A stretch of DNA of 64,000 bases, taken from the NCBI GenBank assembly GCA_036273515.1, contig DASUHM010000049.1, positions 963 through 64,962 on the forward strand, written 5' to 3'. Origin of the DNA: Gaiellales bacterium (GTDB lineage Bacteria; Actinomycetota; Thermoleophilia; Gaiellales; JAICJC01). Each line of letters opens with the position of its first letter. Within the stretch, counting starts at the first letter, position 1. This document shows positions 35,800-45,152 of the stretch, piece after piece. The position numbers and the translations under genes were made by a program. The notes under the pieces are model-generated. The model was not told the DNA's origin. It saw only the letters and a list, made by a program, of their open reading frames with translations, and searched no databases.

Positions 35800-37118
35800 T
35801 CGCGCTCTCGGCGGGCGAGATCGCGCAGGCCTGCGGGGGGCGCACGGAGTCGGGGGCGACCATCACCGGGGTCACGACCGACTCGCGGGCGGTGGCGCAG
35901 GGCGACCTCTTCGTCGCCCTGCCCGGCGAGCGCACCGACGGCGCCCGCTACGCCGCCGCCGCCCTCGACGCCGGCGCGGCCGCGGTGATGGTCGCCGCGA
36001 CGCCGGGCCAGCCGCCGCCGGACGACCGCACCATCGCCGTCCCCGACCCGCTGATCGGCCTCGGCCGGCTGGCCGCCGAGGTGCGCCGCCGCTCAGGCGC
36101 CCGCGTCGTCGGCATCACCGGCTCGACCGGGAAGACGTCGACCAAGGACCTGCTCGCCGCGCTGCTGCGCCGGCGCCTGCGCACGGTCGCGAGCCACGCC
36201 AACTTCAACACCGAAATCGGCCTGCCGCTCACGCTCTGCCGGATCGAGGACGACACCGAGGCCGTCGTCTGCGAGCTGGCGATGCGGGGGATGGGCCAGG
36301 TCAGCTACCTGGCCGAGATCGCCCGGCCCGACGTCGCGGTCATCACGTCGGTCGGCCCCGTCCACCTCGAGCAGGTGGGGAGCATCGAGGGCGTCGCCGA
36401 GGCCAAGGCCGAGATCCTCGAGCCGCTCGGGCCGCGCGAGACGGCCGTCGTCCCGTACGCCGAGCCGCTGCTCGCCCCCTATCTGGATATCTCCCGCGCG
36501 CGCGTGAGCACCTTCGGGGAGGCGGAGGGGGCCGACGTGCGCCTGGCCGGCTTCACGGCGGGCAGGGCGGAGATCACGGTCGATGGTCGAACCATCACGG
36601 TGCCGGTGAACTTCGATCAGCACCACAACGGCCTCAACCTGACGGCCGCCGTCGCGGCCTGCGCCGCGCTCGGCCTCGACCCGGCCGATCCGGAGCTCCT
36701 GGCCGGTGCCGCCGAGGTCGAGTTCTCGCGCTGGCGGGGCGAGCGGATCGCGCTTCCCGGCGACGGCTTCGTGATCGCCGACTGCTACAACGCGAACCCG
36801 GTCTCGATGCGGGCGGCGCTGCGCCACCTGGCCTCCGCCGCCGGCAGCCGCCGCACCGTGGCGGTGATGGGCGAGATGGCCGAGCTCGGGCCGGCCGGGC
36901 CGGCGCTGCACGAGGAGATCGGCCGGGCTGCCGCGGAGATCGGCGTCGACCTGGTCGTCGCCGTCGGCCCGCTCAGCCGCGCGTACGGCGGGGAGTGGTT
37001 CGCCGACGCGGCCGCCGCGGCGGCCGCCGTGCCGGGCCTCCTCGAGCCGGGCGACGCGGTGCTCGTCAAGGGCAGCCGGTCGGCGGGCCTCGAGGCGGTC
37101 GTCGAGGCGCTCACGTGA
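35796..37118 (+). CDS. murF: UDP-MurNAc-tripeptide:D-Ala-D-Ala ligase
   Basis: ATGA overlap. GITGSTGKTSTK P-loop. Position after murE. Confidence 0.9.
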   Translation: MIALSAGEIAQACGGRTESGATITGVTTDSRAVAQGDLFVALPGERTDGARYAAAALDAGAAAVMVAATPGQPPPDDRTIAVPDPLIGLGRLAAEVRRRSGARVVGITGSTGKTSTKDLLAALLRRRLRTVASHANFNTEIGLPLTLCRIEDDTEAVVCELAMRGMGQVSYLAEIARPDVAVITSVGPVHLEQVGSIEGVAEAKAEILEPLGPRETAVVPYAEPLLAPYLDISRARVSTFGEAEGADVRLAGFTAGRAEITVDGRTITVPVNFDQHHNGLNLTAAVAACAALGLDPADPELLAGAAEVEFSRWRGERIALPGDGFVIADCYNANPVSMRAALRHLASAAGSRRTVAVMGEMAELGPAGPALHEEIGRAAAEIGVDLVVAVGPLSRAYGGEWFADAAAAAAAVPGLLEPGDAVLVKGSRSAGLEAVVEALT

Positions 37119-38149
37119 AGCTCGTCCTCGCCTCGGGCGTCGTCGCCATGCTGCTCGGGATCGTGTCGGGGCCGGCGTTGATCGCCTTCCTGCGCCGGCA
37201 CGAGTTCGGGCAGCACATCCGCGAGGACGGCCCGGCCGGCCACGCCTCCAAGCAGGGCACGCCCACCATGGGCGGCCTGGGCATGCTCGGGTGCGCGCTG
37301 CTGGCCTTCCTGATCTTCACCGAGCACACCGGGCCCGGCCTGGCCGTCGCCGGGACGGCGCTCGCGTGCGCCGGGATCGGGTTCCTCGACGACTACCTGA
37401 AGCTGACGCGGAAGCGGTCGCTGGGCCTGTCGGGGCGATGGAAGCTCTTGCTGCTGGCGGCGGTCGTCGCCGGGGTGGGCGTCGTGGCGCACCGCGAGCA
37501 CCTCTCGACCGACCTCTACCTGCCGCTCTTGAACACCTACATCGCGCTCGGGCCGTTCTACTACGTGTTCATCTTCCTGGTCGTCGCCGGGGCGGCGAAC
37601 GCGGTCAACCTGACCGACGGGCTCGACGGTCTGGCGGCCGGCACCGTGACGATCGCCGCGCTCACGTATGCGGCGATGATGGTGGTCGCGTTCCTGGCCC
37701 ACAACGGCGTCTACCCGGGCCACACCATCGACGGCGTCTACGTGGGGAACCCCCGCGCCCTCGACCTCGCGATCATCGCGGCGGCGCTCGTCGGCGGCTG
37801 CGTGGGCTTCCTCTGGTACAACGCCTACCCGGCCGACGTGTTCATGGGCGACACGGGGTCGTTCGGGCTGGGCGGCGGCCTGGCGGCGCTCGCGATCTTC
37901 ACGAAGACGGAGGCGCTGCTCGTGGTCGTCGGCGGCGTGTTCGTGATCGAGGCGCTCTCGGTCGCGATCCAGGTCGTGTCGTTCCGGGTCTTCGGGAAGC
38001 GGGTGTTCCTGATGGCGCCGCTGCACCATCACTTCGAGATGATGGAGTGGACCGAGAACAAGATCATCGTCCGCTTCTGGATCACGGCGGCGATCTTCGG
38101 CGCGAGTGGCTTCGTCCTCTACTACCTCTTCTTCTCGAGCTACCGGTGA
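37115..38149 (+). CDS. mraY: Phospho-MurNAc-pentapeptide translocase
   Basis: GTGA overlap. Polytopic membrane protein. Motifs KQGTPTMGG, NAVNLTDGLDGLA, HHHFE. Confidence 0.9.
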   Translation: MKLVLASGVVAMLLGIVSGPALIAFLRRHEFGQHIREDGPAGHASKQGTPTMGGLGMLGCALLAFLIFTEHTGPGLAVAGTALACAGIGFLDDYLKLTRKRSLGLSGRWKLLLLAAVVAGVGVVAHREHLSTDLYLPLLNTYIALGPFYYVFIFLVVAGAANAVNLTDGLDGLAAGTVTIAALTYAAMMVVAFLAHNGVYPGHTIDGVYVGNPRALDLAIIAAALVGGCVGFLWYNAYPADVFMGDTGSFGLGGGLAALAIFTKTEALLVVVGGVFVIEALSVAIQVVSFRVFGKRVFLMAPLHHHFEMMEWTENKIIVRFWITAAIFGASGFVLYYLFFSSYR

Positions 38150-39426
38150 GCGGGCGCTACCTGGTCGTCGGGCTGCGCCGTTCGGGGATCGCGGCGTGCG
38201 AGGCGATCGCGCGGGTCTGGCCCGGTTCCGAGATCCTGGCGGCCGACCGCGGCACCGACCTCGACGTGTCGCGGCTCTCCGCGCTCGGGATCGAGCCGCG
38301 GCTGGGCGGCGAGCTCGCGCCCGTCGACGGCCTCACCGCGCTCGTGAAGAGCCCGGGCGTGCCCGGCGAGGCCCCCCAGGTGGCGGCGGCGCGGGCGGCC
38401 GGCGTGCCGGTGTGGAGCGAGGTCGAGCTGGCGGCGCGGATGATGCCGGAGAACCCGATCGCCGGGGTCACCGGGACGAACGGCAAGACGACGACCACGC
38501 ACCTGCTCGGCGCGATGCTGCGCGCCGGCGGGATCGAGGCGGAGGTGGCGGGCAACGTCGGCCGCGCGCTGACCGAGCTGCCCGGCCGCGTGGCGGCGGG
38601 GACGTGGATCGCCTGCGAGCTCTCGAGCTTCCAGCTCGAGGACATCCACCGCTTCCGCTGCCGGGTGGCGGTGATCCTGAACGTGACGCCCGACCACCTC
38701 GACCGCCACGGCAGCATGGAGGAGTACGTGCGCTGCAAGCTGCGCATCCTCGAGAACCAGGTCGCCGGCGACACCGCCGTCCTGAACGGCGACGACCCCG
38801 TGCTGCGGGCGGCCGACCTGCCGGGTGCCGGGACGCGCGAGTGGTTCGCGGCGAGCGAGCCGGGGCCGCTCGACTGGGAGCACGCCCGCCTGCGCGGGCA
38901 GCACAACCTCGAGAACGCGGTCGCCGCCGCGGCCGCCGCGCGCGCGGTTGGGGCGAGCGACGCGGCCGTGAACGCGGCACTGCGCGACTTCGATCCGCCG
39001 CCGCACCGGCTCCGGCCGGTCGCCGCGGCCCGGGGCGTCGAGTGGGTAGATGACTCGAAGGCCACGAACCCCGACGCGACGGTGAAGGCGCTGACGGCCT
39101 TCGACCACGGCGTCCACCTGATCCTGGGCGGCTCGCGCAAGGGCGGATCGTTCGCCGGGATGGCCGTGGCGATCGCGGCCGGGCCGGTGGCGCGCTCGTA
39201 CCTGATCGGCGCGTCCGCCGACGCGATCGCCGCAGCCCTGGACGCTACCGGCGCCGGCTACGTGCACTGCGGGACGCTCGAGCGGGCCGTGGCCGACGCC
39301 TCCGCCGCGGCCGCCGCCGGCGACACGGTCCTGCTCTCGCCGGCCTGCGCCAGCTTCGACCAGTTCCGCGACTACGAGCAGCGCGGCGAGCGCTTCGCCG
39401 AGCTCGCCCGCGCCGCCGCTGGATAA
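38146..39426 (+). CDS. murD: UDP-MurNAc-L-Ala:D-Glu ligase
   Basis: GTGA overlap. GVTGTNGKTTTT P-loop. Position after mraY. Confidence 0.9.
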   Translation: MSGRYLVVGLRRSGIAACEAIARVWPGSEILAADRGTDLDVSRLSALGIEPRLGGELAPVDGLTALVKSPGVPGEAPQVAAARAAGVPVWSEVELAARMMPENPIAGVTGTNGKTTTTHLLGAMLRAGGIEAEVAGNVGRALTELPGRVAAGTWIACELSSFQLEDIHRFRCRVAVILNVTPDHLDRHGSMEEYVRCKLRILENQVAGDTAVLNGDDPVLRAADLPGAGTREWFAASEPGPLDWEHARLRGQHNLENAVAAAAAARAVGASDAAVNAALRDFDPPPHRLRPVAAARGVEWVDDSKATNPDATVKALTAFDHGVHLILGGSRKGGSFAGMAVAIAAGPVARSYLIGASADAIAAALDATGAGYVHCGTLERAVADASAAAAAGDTVLLSPACASFDQFRDYEQRGERFAELARAAAG

Positions 39427-39478
39427 CCGGTGCCAGGCACCGCGATTTCATGCAGGTGACCGCGGCCGCGCGGCGAAC

Positions 39479-40825
39479 ATGTCCATGGGTTCCTTGGGGG
39501 TGCCTGTGGCGAGGTTGCACGCGATCAACGACAGCGGGGGGAGCGGAGAGGCCGCGGAACGGCGGGCGCAGGCCCGACGGCGCAGCTCGAGCTCCCACCA
39601 GATCGAGTACCACCTGCTGCTCCTGCTCACCCTCGGGCTGGTCGCCTTCGGCCTGATCATGGTCTACAGCGCGTCGAGCGGCATCGCCGTCGTGAACGGC
39701 GCCAACCCGCTCTCGCCGCTGATGCGCCAGGGGATCTACGCCGTGCTCGGCGTCGGCTGCATGGTCGGCGCCGCCCGGTTCCGCTACAAGCGCCTGCGGA
39801 TGCTGGCGCCCCTGCTCATGCTGATGGCGCTGATCGGGCTCGTGATGGTGAAGGTGCCGGGGATCGGCGTGCGCATCAACGGCGCCGAGCGCTGGATCGT
39901 CGCCGGGCCGCTGACGCTGCAGCCCTCGGAGTTCGCGAAGCTCGCGATGGTCGTCTTCTGCGCCGCCGTCCTCACCGCGCGGAAGCGCCCGCCCCGCACC
40001 ATCAAGGAGCTCGTGAACCCGGTCGGGCTGGCCGCCCTGATCGTGTGCGGCCTGGTCGCGCTCGAGCCCGATCTGGGCACGACGATCGCGATCGCCGTCA
40101 TGGTCACGGGCGTCCTGATCGTCGCCGGCACGCCGTTCCGGCTGCTCGTCGGCACGGCCGGGATCGTCTCGGCCGGCGCCGCGCTCGTCATCTCCCAGAA
40201 CGCCTACATGCACGCCCGCCTGCTCGCGTTCATGCACCCCTGGCAGGATGCCGGTGGCAGCGGCTACCAGAACGTGCAGGCCCTGCTCTCGCTCGGATCG
40301 GGCGGCATCTGGGGCAAGGGCCTCGGCCAGGGCACCGTCAAGAACGGGTACCTGCCGGAGGCGCCGAGCGACATGATCGCCGCCGTCATCGGCGAGGAGC
40401 TGGGCCTCATCGGGATCCTCGTCACCGTGCTCGCATTCGCCGCCTTCGCGGTGCTCGGCTTTCGGATCGCGATGCGCACGAAGGACCCGTTCGGCAAGTT
40501 TCTCGCCACCGGGATCACCTGCCTCGTCACCGGCCAGGCCGTCGTGAACCTGGGCGCCGTGCTCGGCTTCCTGCCTCTCACGGGCGTCCCGTTGCCGCTG
40601 ATAAGCTCAGGCGGATCCAGCCTGATCGTGTTCCTCACCCTGATCGGGACGCTCCTGAACGTCGCCGACAGCGAGCGGGCAGTCGCCCGCAAGGCAGTGC
40701 CCGCCGATGACACCGCCGCCAGCCGCAAGCGACCCCGGCCGCAGCCCGCGGGTGCTGATCGCCGCCGGAGGAACCGCAGGCCACGTCGTGCCGTCGCTGG
40801 CGGTGGCCGCCGAGCTCACGGCTAG
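39479..40825 (+). CDS. ftsW: FtsW/SEDS family peptidoglycan polymerase
   Basis: Polytopic SEDS pattern (GLGQG..K..YLPEAPSDMI, PLPLISSGGSS). The Arg-rich C-terminal tail overlaps murG. Confidence 0.85.
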   Translation: MSMGSLGVPVARLHAINDSGGSGEAAERRAQARRRSSSSHQIEYHLLLLLTLGLVAFGLIMVYSASSGIAVVNGANPLSPLMRQGIYAVLGVGCMVGAARFRYKRLRMLAPLLMLMALIGLVMVKVPGIGVRINGAERWIVAGPLTLQPSEFAKLAMVVFCAAVLTARKRPPRTIKELVNPVGLAALIVCGLVALEPDLGTTIAIAVMVTGVLIVAGTPFRLLVGTAGIVSAGAALVISQNAYMHARLLAFMHPWQDAGGSGYQNVQALLSLGSGGIWGKGLGQGTVKNGYLPEAPSDMIAAVIGEELGLIGILVTVLAFAAFAVLGFRIAMRTKDPFGKFLATGITCLVTGQAVVNLGAVLGFLPLTGVPLPLISSGGSSLIVFLTLIGTLLNVADSERAVARKAVPADDTAASRKRPRPQPAGADRRRRNRRPRRAVAGGGRRAHG

Positions 40826-41804
40826 GGGCGCCGATGTCGTGTTCGCCGGCACCCCCGAGCGGATCGAGTCCCGGCTCGTCCCCGCCGCCGGCTACCCGCT
40901 GCACACCTACCACGTCACCGGCTTCCCCCGGAAGCCGTCGCTCGGCCTCATCCGGGGGCTCGGCCTGGCGGCCGTCGCGCCGGCGGCGTGCACGCGCATC
41001 CTCCGCCGCGTGCGGCCGGACGTCGTCTTCGGCGGCGGGGGATACGTGGCGGGGCCGATGCTCGCCGCTGCCGCCGGCATGCGCATCCCTGCGGCGCTGA
41101 TGGAGGTGGACGCCCACCTCGGCCTCGCCAACCGGATGGCCGCCCCGTTCGCGCGGCGCGTGTTCCTCTCGTTCCCCATCGGCGACCTGGGCCCGCCCCG
41201 CTACCAGCTCACCGGCCGGCCCGTGCCGCGGGCGGTGCTCGACGCGACGGCCGAGCAGGGCCGGCGCGAGTTCGACCTGCCGGCCGACCGCCGGGTCGTG
41301 CTCGTCTTCGGCGGCAGCCTCGGCTCGACCACGCTGAACCGGGCCGCCACCGCCGCCTGGGCAGCCGACGACCCCGGCTTCACCGTCGTCCACATCACCG
41401 GCGAGCGCGAGTTCGCGCTCTCGTCCGGGCGGGCGGCGGCGCACTACCGCGTGCTGCCGTACACGGCGAGCCTGGGGCCGCTGCTGGCCGCCGCCGACCT
41501 GGTCGTCTCGCGGGCCGGTGGGTCGGTGTTCGAGATCGCCGCCGCCGGCCGGCCCGCGATCCTCGTGCCCTCGCCGAACGTGACCGCCGACCACCAGTCG
41601 CGGAACGCCGAATTCATCGCCGACGGCGGGGCCGCCATCGTCATCGGCGACAACGAGCTGACCGCCGTGCGGCTCGCCACCGAGGTCGACAAGCTGCTCG
41701 CAGACCCCGACCGGCTGACCGGAATGTCGGAGGCCGCCCGCCGGCTGGCGCGGCCTGACGCCGGCGAGCGGATCGCGACCGAGCTCCTGGCGCTGGCCCG
41801 ATGA
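40707..41804 (+). CDS. murG: Lipid I N-acetylglucosaminyltransferase
   Basis: AAGGTAGHVVPSLAVA N-terminal motif and GGS...SRAGGS..E C-terminal motif. Alternative GTG start at 40752. Confidence 0.9.
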   Translation: MTPPPAASDPGRSPRVLIAAGGTAGHVVPSLAVAAELTARGADVVFAGTPERIESRLVPAAGYPLHTYHVTGFPRKPSLGLIRGLGLAAVAPAACTRILRRVRPDVVFGGGGYVAGPMLAAAAGMRIPAALMEVDAHLGLANRMAAPFARRVFLSFPIGDLGPPRYQLTGRPVPRAVLDATAEQGRREFDLPADRRVVLVFGGSLGSTTLNRAATAAWAADDPGFTVVHITGEREFALSSGRAAAHYRVLPYTASLGPLLAAADLVVSRAGGSVFEIAAAGRPAILVPSPNVTADHQSRNAEFIADGGAAIVIGDNELTAVRLATEVDKLLADPDRLTGMSEAARRLARPDAGERIATELLALAR

Positions 41805-43147
41805 CGCTGGCCGACCGGAGGCTGCACATGATCGGGATCGGCGGCGCCGGCATGTCGGCGTTGGCCGTCGTCGCATACGCCTGGGGCGCCGACGTGTCGG
41901 GGTGCGACCGCACGCCGTCGGAGTACTCGCTGCGCCTGCGCCGGTTCGGCATCGACGTCTCGGAGGGGCACGATCGCGGCCACCTCGAGCCCGGCATGGA
42001 GGTGGTCGTCTCCTCGGCCGTGCCCGACGAGCTCGACGAGCTGGCCGCGGCGTCCGAGCTCGGGCTGCGCGTGCTGCACCGGGGCGAGCTGCTGGCCCAG
42101 CTGGTGGCCGAGCGGCGCTCGATCTGCGTCGCGGGCGCGCACGGGAAGACGACGACGACGGCGATGCTCGCCTTCGCGGCCGACCGGATCGGGCTCGATC
42201 CGACCTGGCTCGTCGGCGGCGAGGTGCCGCAGCTCGGCGGCAATGCCGGACCGGGCGGGGGAGACCTGCTGATCGCGGAGGGGGACGAGTCCGACGGCAG
42301 CTGCGCGCTCCTGCGCCCGCGCGTCGCCGTGATCACGAACGTCGACCTCGATCACCACGCTCGCTACGCGTCGGTGCACGACGTCGAGCGCCTGTTCGCC
42401 GAGTGGGTCGCGCACGTGCCCGCGGACGGGGCGGTGGTGCTCGGCGACGGCGTCGCCCTGCCGGCCGGGGCGGCGCCCGTTGTGCGGTTCGGCTTCGACG
42501 AGGGCGCCAATTGGCATATCAGCGGCTTCCACAGCGGCCCGGAGGGGTCGCGGTTCTGGCTCTCGGTGCCCGACGAGCTCCCGGTCGACGTCACCCTGCG
42601 GGTGCCCGGCGCCCACAACGCTCGCAATGCCGCCGGCGCGATCGCCGCCCTGGCCGCGGCCGGGGCGAGCGCGGCCGATGCGGCCGCGGCGCTCGCCGAG
42701 TTCACCGGCGTCGGCCGCCGTTTCGAGGTGCGCGGGCGGGTCGCCGGGGCGACCGTCGTCGACGACTACGCGCACAACCCGGCCAAGGTCGCCGCCGCCA
42801 TCGACGCCGCCCGCACGCACGCGCCGGCACGCGTGGTGGTCTGCTTCCAGCCCCACCTCTACTCACGCACGGCCGCGTCGGCGCACGAGTTCGGCGGCGC
42901 GCTGGCCGGCGCCGACGAGGTGGTCGTCACCGAGATCTACGCCGCCCGCGAGCGGCCCCAGCCGGGGGTGACCGCGAAGCTCGTCGTCGACGCCCTGGCG
43001 GAGCGGCGGCCGGGGATGCCGCTCGCCTACATGCCGGGACTGGGCGACGCCGCCGCCTACCTGCGCGGGCGCGTGCGCGAGGGCGACCTCGTCCTCACCG
43101 TCGGCGCGGGCGATGTCCGCAGCGTGGGCGACGAGCTGCTGCGATGA
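41801..43147 (+). CDS. murC: UDP-MurNAc:L-Ala ligase
   Basis: ATGA overlap. GIGGAGMSALA and AGAHGKTTTT motifs. Confidence 0.9.
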   Translation: MTLADRRLHMIGIGGAGMSALAVVAYAWGADVSGCDRTPSEYSLRLRRFGIDVSEGHDRGHLEPGMEVVVSSAVPDELDELAAASELGLRVLHRGELLAQLVAERRSICVAGAHGKTTTTAMLAFAADRIGLDPTWLVGGEVPQLGGNAGPGGGDLLIAEGDESDGSCALLRPRVAVITNVDLDHHARYASVHDVERLFAEWVAHVPADGAVVLGDGVALPAGAAPVVRFGFDEGANWHISGFHSGPEGSRFWLSVPDELPVDVTLRVPGAHNARNAAGAIAALAAAGASAADAAAALAEFTGVGRRFEVRGRVAGATVVDDYAHNPAKVAAAIDAARTHAPARVVVCFQPHLYSRTAASAHEFGGALAGADEVVVTEIYAARERPQPGVTAKLVVDALAERRPGMPLAYMPGLGDAAAYLRGRVREGDLVLTVGAGDVRSVGDELLR

Positions 43148-44037
43148 GCGCCGTTCCCGCCTGCGTCGAGCCGGACTACCCGGTGTCGCGGCTGACCACG
43201 GTCGGCACGGGCGGCCGGGCGCGCTTTCTTGCCCGGCCCGGCACCGGCGCCGAGCTGGCCGGGGTGCTGAGCTGGGCCGATGCGGGCGCGCTCGACGTGG
43301 CCGTGGTCGGGCTCGGCTCGAACCTGCTGGTCGCCGACGAGGGCTACGACGGCGTCGTCCTGCGCCTGGCCGGCGGCCTCGCCCGGATCGAGCGCGACGG
43401 CGAGCGGGTCGTGTGCGGCGGCGGCGCCTCGCTGGCCGCCGTCGTGAAGCGGGCGACCGGCTGGGGCCTCTCCGGCATCGAGTTCGGATGCGCCATCCCG
43501 GGCACGGCCGGCGGCGCGGTGCGGATGAACGCGGGCGCGTACGGCGGCGAGCTGCGTGACGTGCTCGACAGGGCGGTGGTGGTCGGCGCCGGCGGCGAGC
43601 GGGCCGGCGGGCCGGACGAGCTCGGCATGCGCTACCGGCACTCGAACGTCGGGCCGCGCGAGGTCGTCGCCGAGGCGGTGCTGCGGCTGCGGCCCGACGA
43701 CACGGAGCGGATCCGGGCGACCGTGGCCGACATGCAGCGGCGCCGGCGCGAGGCCCAGCCGGCCAAGGTGCGCACGTTCGGGTCGGTGTGGAAGAACCCG
43801 GGCGGCGACCTGTCCGCCGGGCGCATCCTCGAGGAGTGCGGGCTCAAGGGCTTCACGGCCGGCGGCGCCCGCATCTCGCCGGTGCACGCGAACTTCATCG
43901 AGAACACGGGCGATGCTCGCTCCGCCGACGTGATCGCGCTGATGCAGGAGGCGCGGCGGCGGGCCCGCGAGCGCTTCGGCGTGGAGCTCGAGCACGAGGT
44001 GCAGATGCTCGGGCCGATCGGGCTTTCAGATGGTTGA
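43144..44037 (+). CDS. murB: UDP-N-acetylenolpyruvoylglucosamine reductase
   Basis: ATGA overlap. FAD-binding GLGSNLLV. C-terminal MurB domain (GSVWKNP, ISPVHANF). The last codons and stop lie inside the repeat at 44028. Confidence 0.9.
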   Translation: MSAVPACVEPDYPVSRLTTVGTGGRARFLARPGTGAELAGVLSWADAGALDVAVVGLGSNLLVADEGYDGVVLRLAGGLARIERDGERVVCGGGASLAAVVKRATGWGLSGIEFGCAIPGTAGGAVRMNAGAYGGELRDVLDRAVVVGAGGERAGGPDELGMRYRHSNVGPREVVAEAVLRLRPDDTERIRATVADMQRRRREAQPAKVRTFGSVWKNPGGDLSAGRILEECGLKGFTAGGARISPVHANFIENTGDARSADVIALMQEARRRARERFGVELEHEVQMLGPIGLSDG

Positions 44038-44132
44038 TCGGCAGCTCCCGTGACAGCCGCAGCCCACGAGCGCCCCGAACGCCCGCCAACAGCCTGACGT
44101 CCGGGCGCGCGCGAGCTGCCGATCAACCATCT
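44028..44132 (-). mobile_element. 105-bp MITE-like element (truncated family member) between murB and ftsQ
   Basis: Perfect 20-bp terminal inverted repeats, AGATGGTTGATCGGCAGCTC (44028-44047) and its complement (44113-44132). The interior matches elements at 56915 and 51550 in reverse orientation, including an exact 17-mer at 44086-44102 = revcomp of 56944-56960. Confidence 0.6.
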
Positions 44133-44180
44133 TGGCGCCTGCCTGATCCGGCAGGATCCATCCGCCGTCCGGCGAACTGG

Positions 44181-44975
44181 ATGGACATGGCAGCTGCCCA
44201 CGTCGACCCTGCGCTGGTGCTGCGCCGGCGGGCGCTCCGCCGATCGGAAGGCCGCCGCCGGCTGGCGGTGCTGGTCGGGGTGATCGCGATCGTGCTGCTC
44301 CCGCTCGGCTGGTGGGTCCTCGAGAACTCGTCGATCTTCGCCGCCTCGCAGGTGGCCGTCACCGGGGCGACGCCCGAAGTGGACGCGCTCGTTCGCGCCG
44401 CGGTCGTCCACGACGTCGCCGGCAAGAGCCTCCTCAAGGTCGACGCCTCGTCGCTCGCGGCCCAGATCGAGGCCATCCCCGACGTGAAGAGCGCGAGCGT
44501 CGACCGCGCGTTCCCGCACACCGTCGCCGTGTCGATCGTCATGGAGCGGCCGGCCGCGCTCGTGCGCGCCGGCAAGGCGAGCTACGTCGTCTCCGTCGAC
44601 GGCCGCGTCCTGCGCGCCGCGAAGAAGGCCTCCGCCACCATGCCGCGGCTCGTGCTGCCGCCGAGCTCGCAGCCGGCCGCCGGGCGTACCGTCGACTCGG
44701 CCCAGATGCGGTCGGCCCTGCGTGTCCTCGCCGTCGCGCCGCACCGGTTCCCCGCGAGCATCGCGAGGCTCAAGAAGATCGTGGCGTCGCCGGGCGGCGT
44801 CGTGGCGGTGTTCGGCCACGGGCTGCAGGTGCGCCTGGGCACCGCGGGGTCGCTCGACCTGAAGCTCCACGTCGCCGCCCGCGTGCTCGTCCGGATGGGC
44901 GATTCGATCCGCCGCTCGGTGGCCTACGTCGACGTGTCGGCGCCGGCCCGGCCGGCCATCGGCTACAAGAAATGA
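44181..44975 (+). CDS. ftsQ: Cell division protein FtsQ/DivIB
   Basis: Basic N-terminus, TM helix, POTRA-like VAVTGA...V, FtsQ-type C-domain. Position before ftsZ. Confidence 0.75.
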   Translation: MDMAAAHVDPALVLRRRALRRSEGRRRLAVLVGVIAIVLLPLGWWVLENSSIFAASQVAVTGATPEVDALVRAAVVHDVAGKSLLKVDASSLAAQIEAIPDVKSASVDRAFPHTVAVSIVMERPAALVRAGKASYVVSVDGRVLRAAKKASATMPRLVLPPSSQPAAGRTVDSAQMRSALRVLAVAPHRFPASIARLKKIVASPGGVVAVFGHGLQVRLGTAGSLDLKLHVAARVLVRMGDSIRRSVAYVDVSAPARPAIGYKK

Positions 44976-45017
44976 CCCTCGAGTTGAGGTGGAGGGTTAG
45001 CCCTCCTAACCATCTGC

Positions 45018-45046
45018 TTGACACCGAGAGTCGAGGCGAGTACCCT
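45018..45046 (+). promoter_or_regulatory. Candidate ftsZ-proximal promoter TTGACA-17-TACCCT
   Basis: Consensus -35 at 45018-45023, 17-nt spacer, TANNNT-type -10 at 45041-45046. Preceded by a GGAGGG-TTAG-CCCTCC hairpin (44991-45006). Confidence 0.4.
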
Positions 45047-45152
45047 CCCCGAAGCGCCCGACCGGCAGCCTGGCTACGCTGTGCCCGCGGGGAGGGCAGT
45101 TCGCGCAGTCAGACTCGAACCCTCCAGTAGAGGTTCAGGTTAGGGGAGGCAG

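Noticed and set aside
39427-39442. CGGTGCC-A-GGCACCG palindrome after murD, considered as an intra-operon terminator.
   Set aside because: The stem is too short and the loop too tight. There is no U-tract. Probably incidental.
45007-45017. AACCATCT upstream of ftsZ resembles the outer end of the 44028 element, so a fourth repeat remnant was considered.
   Set aside because: Only 8 nt match, and there is no partner repeat or internal homology.
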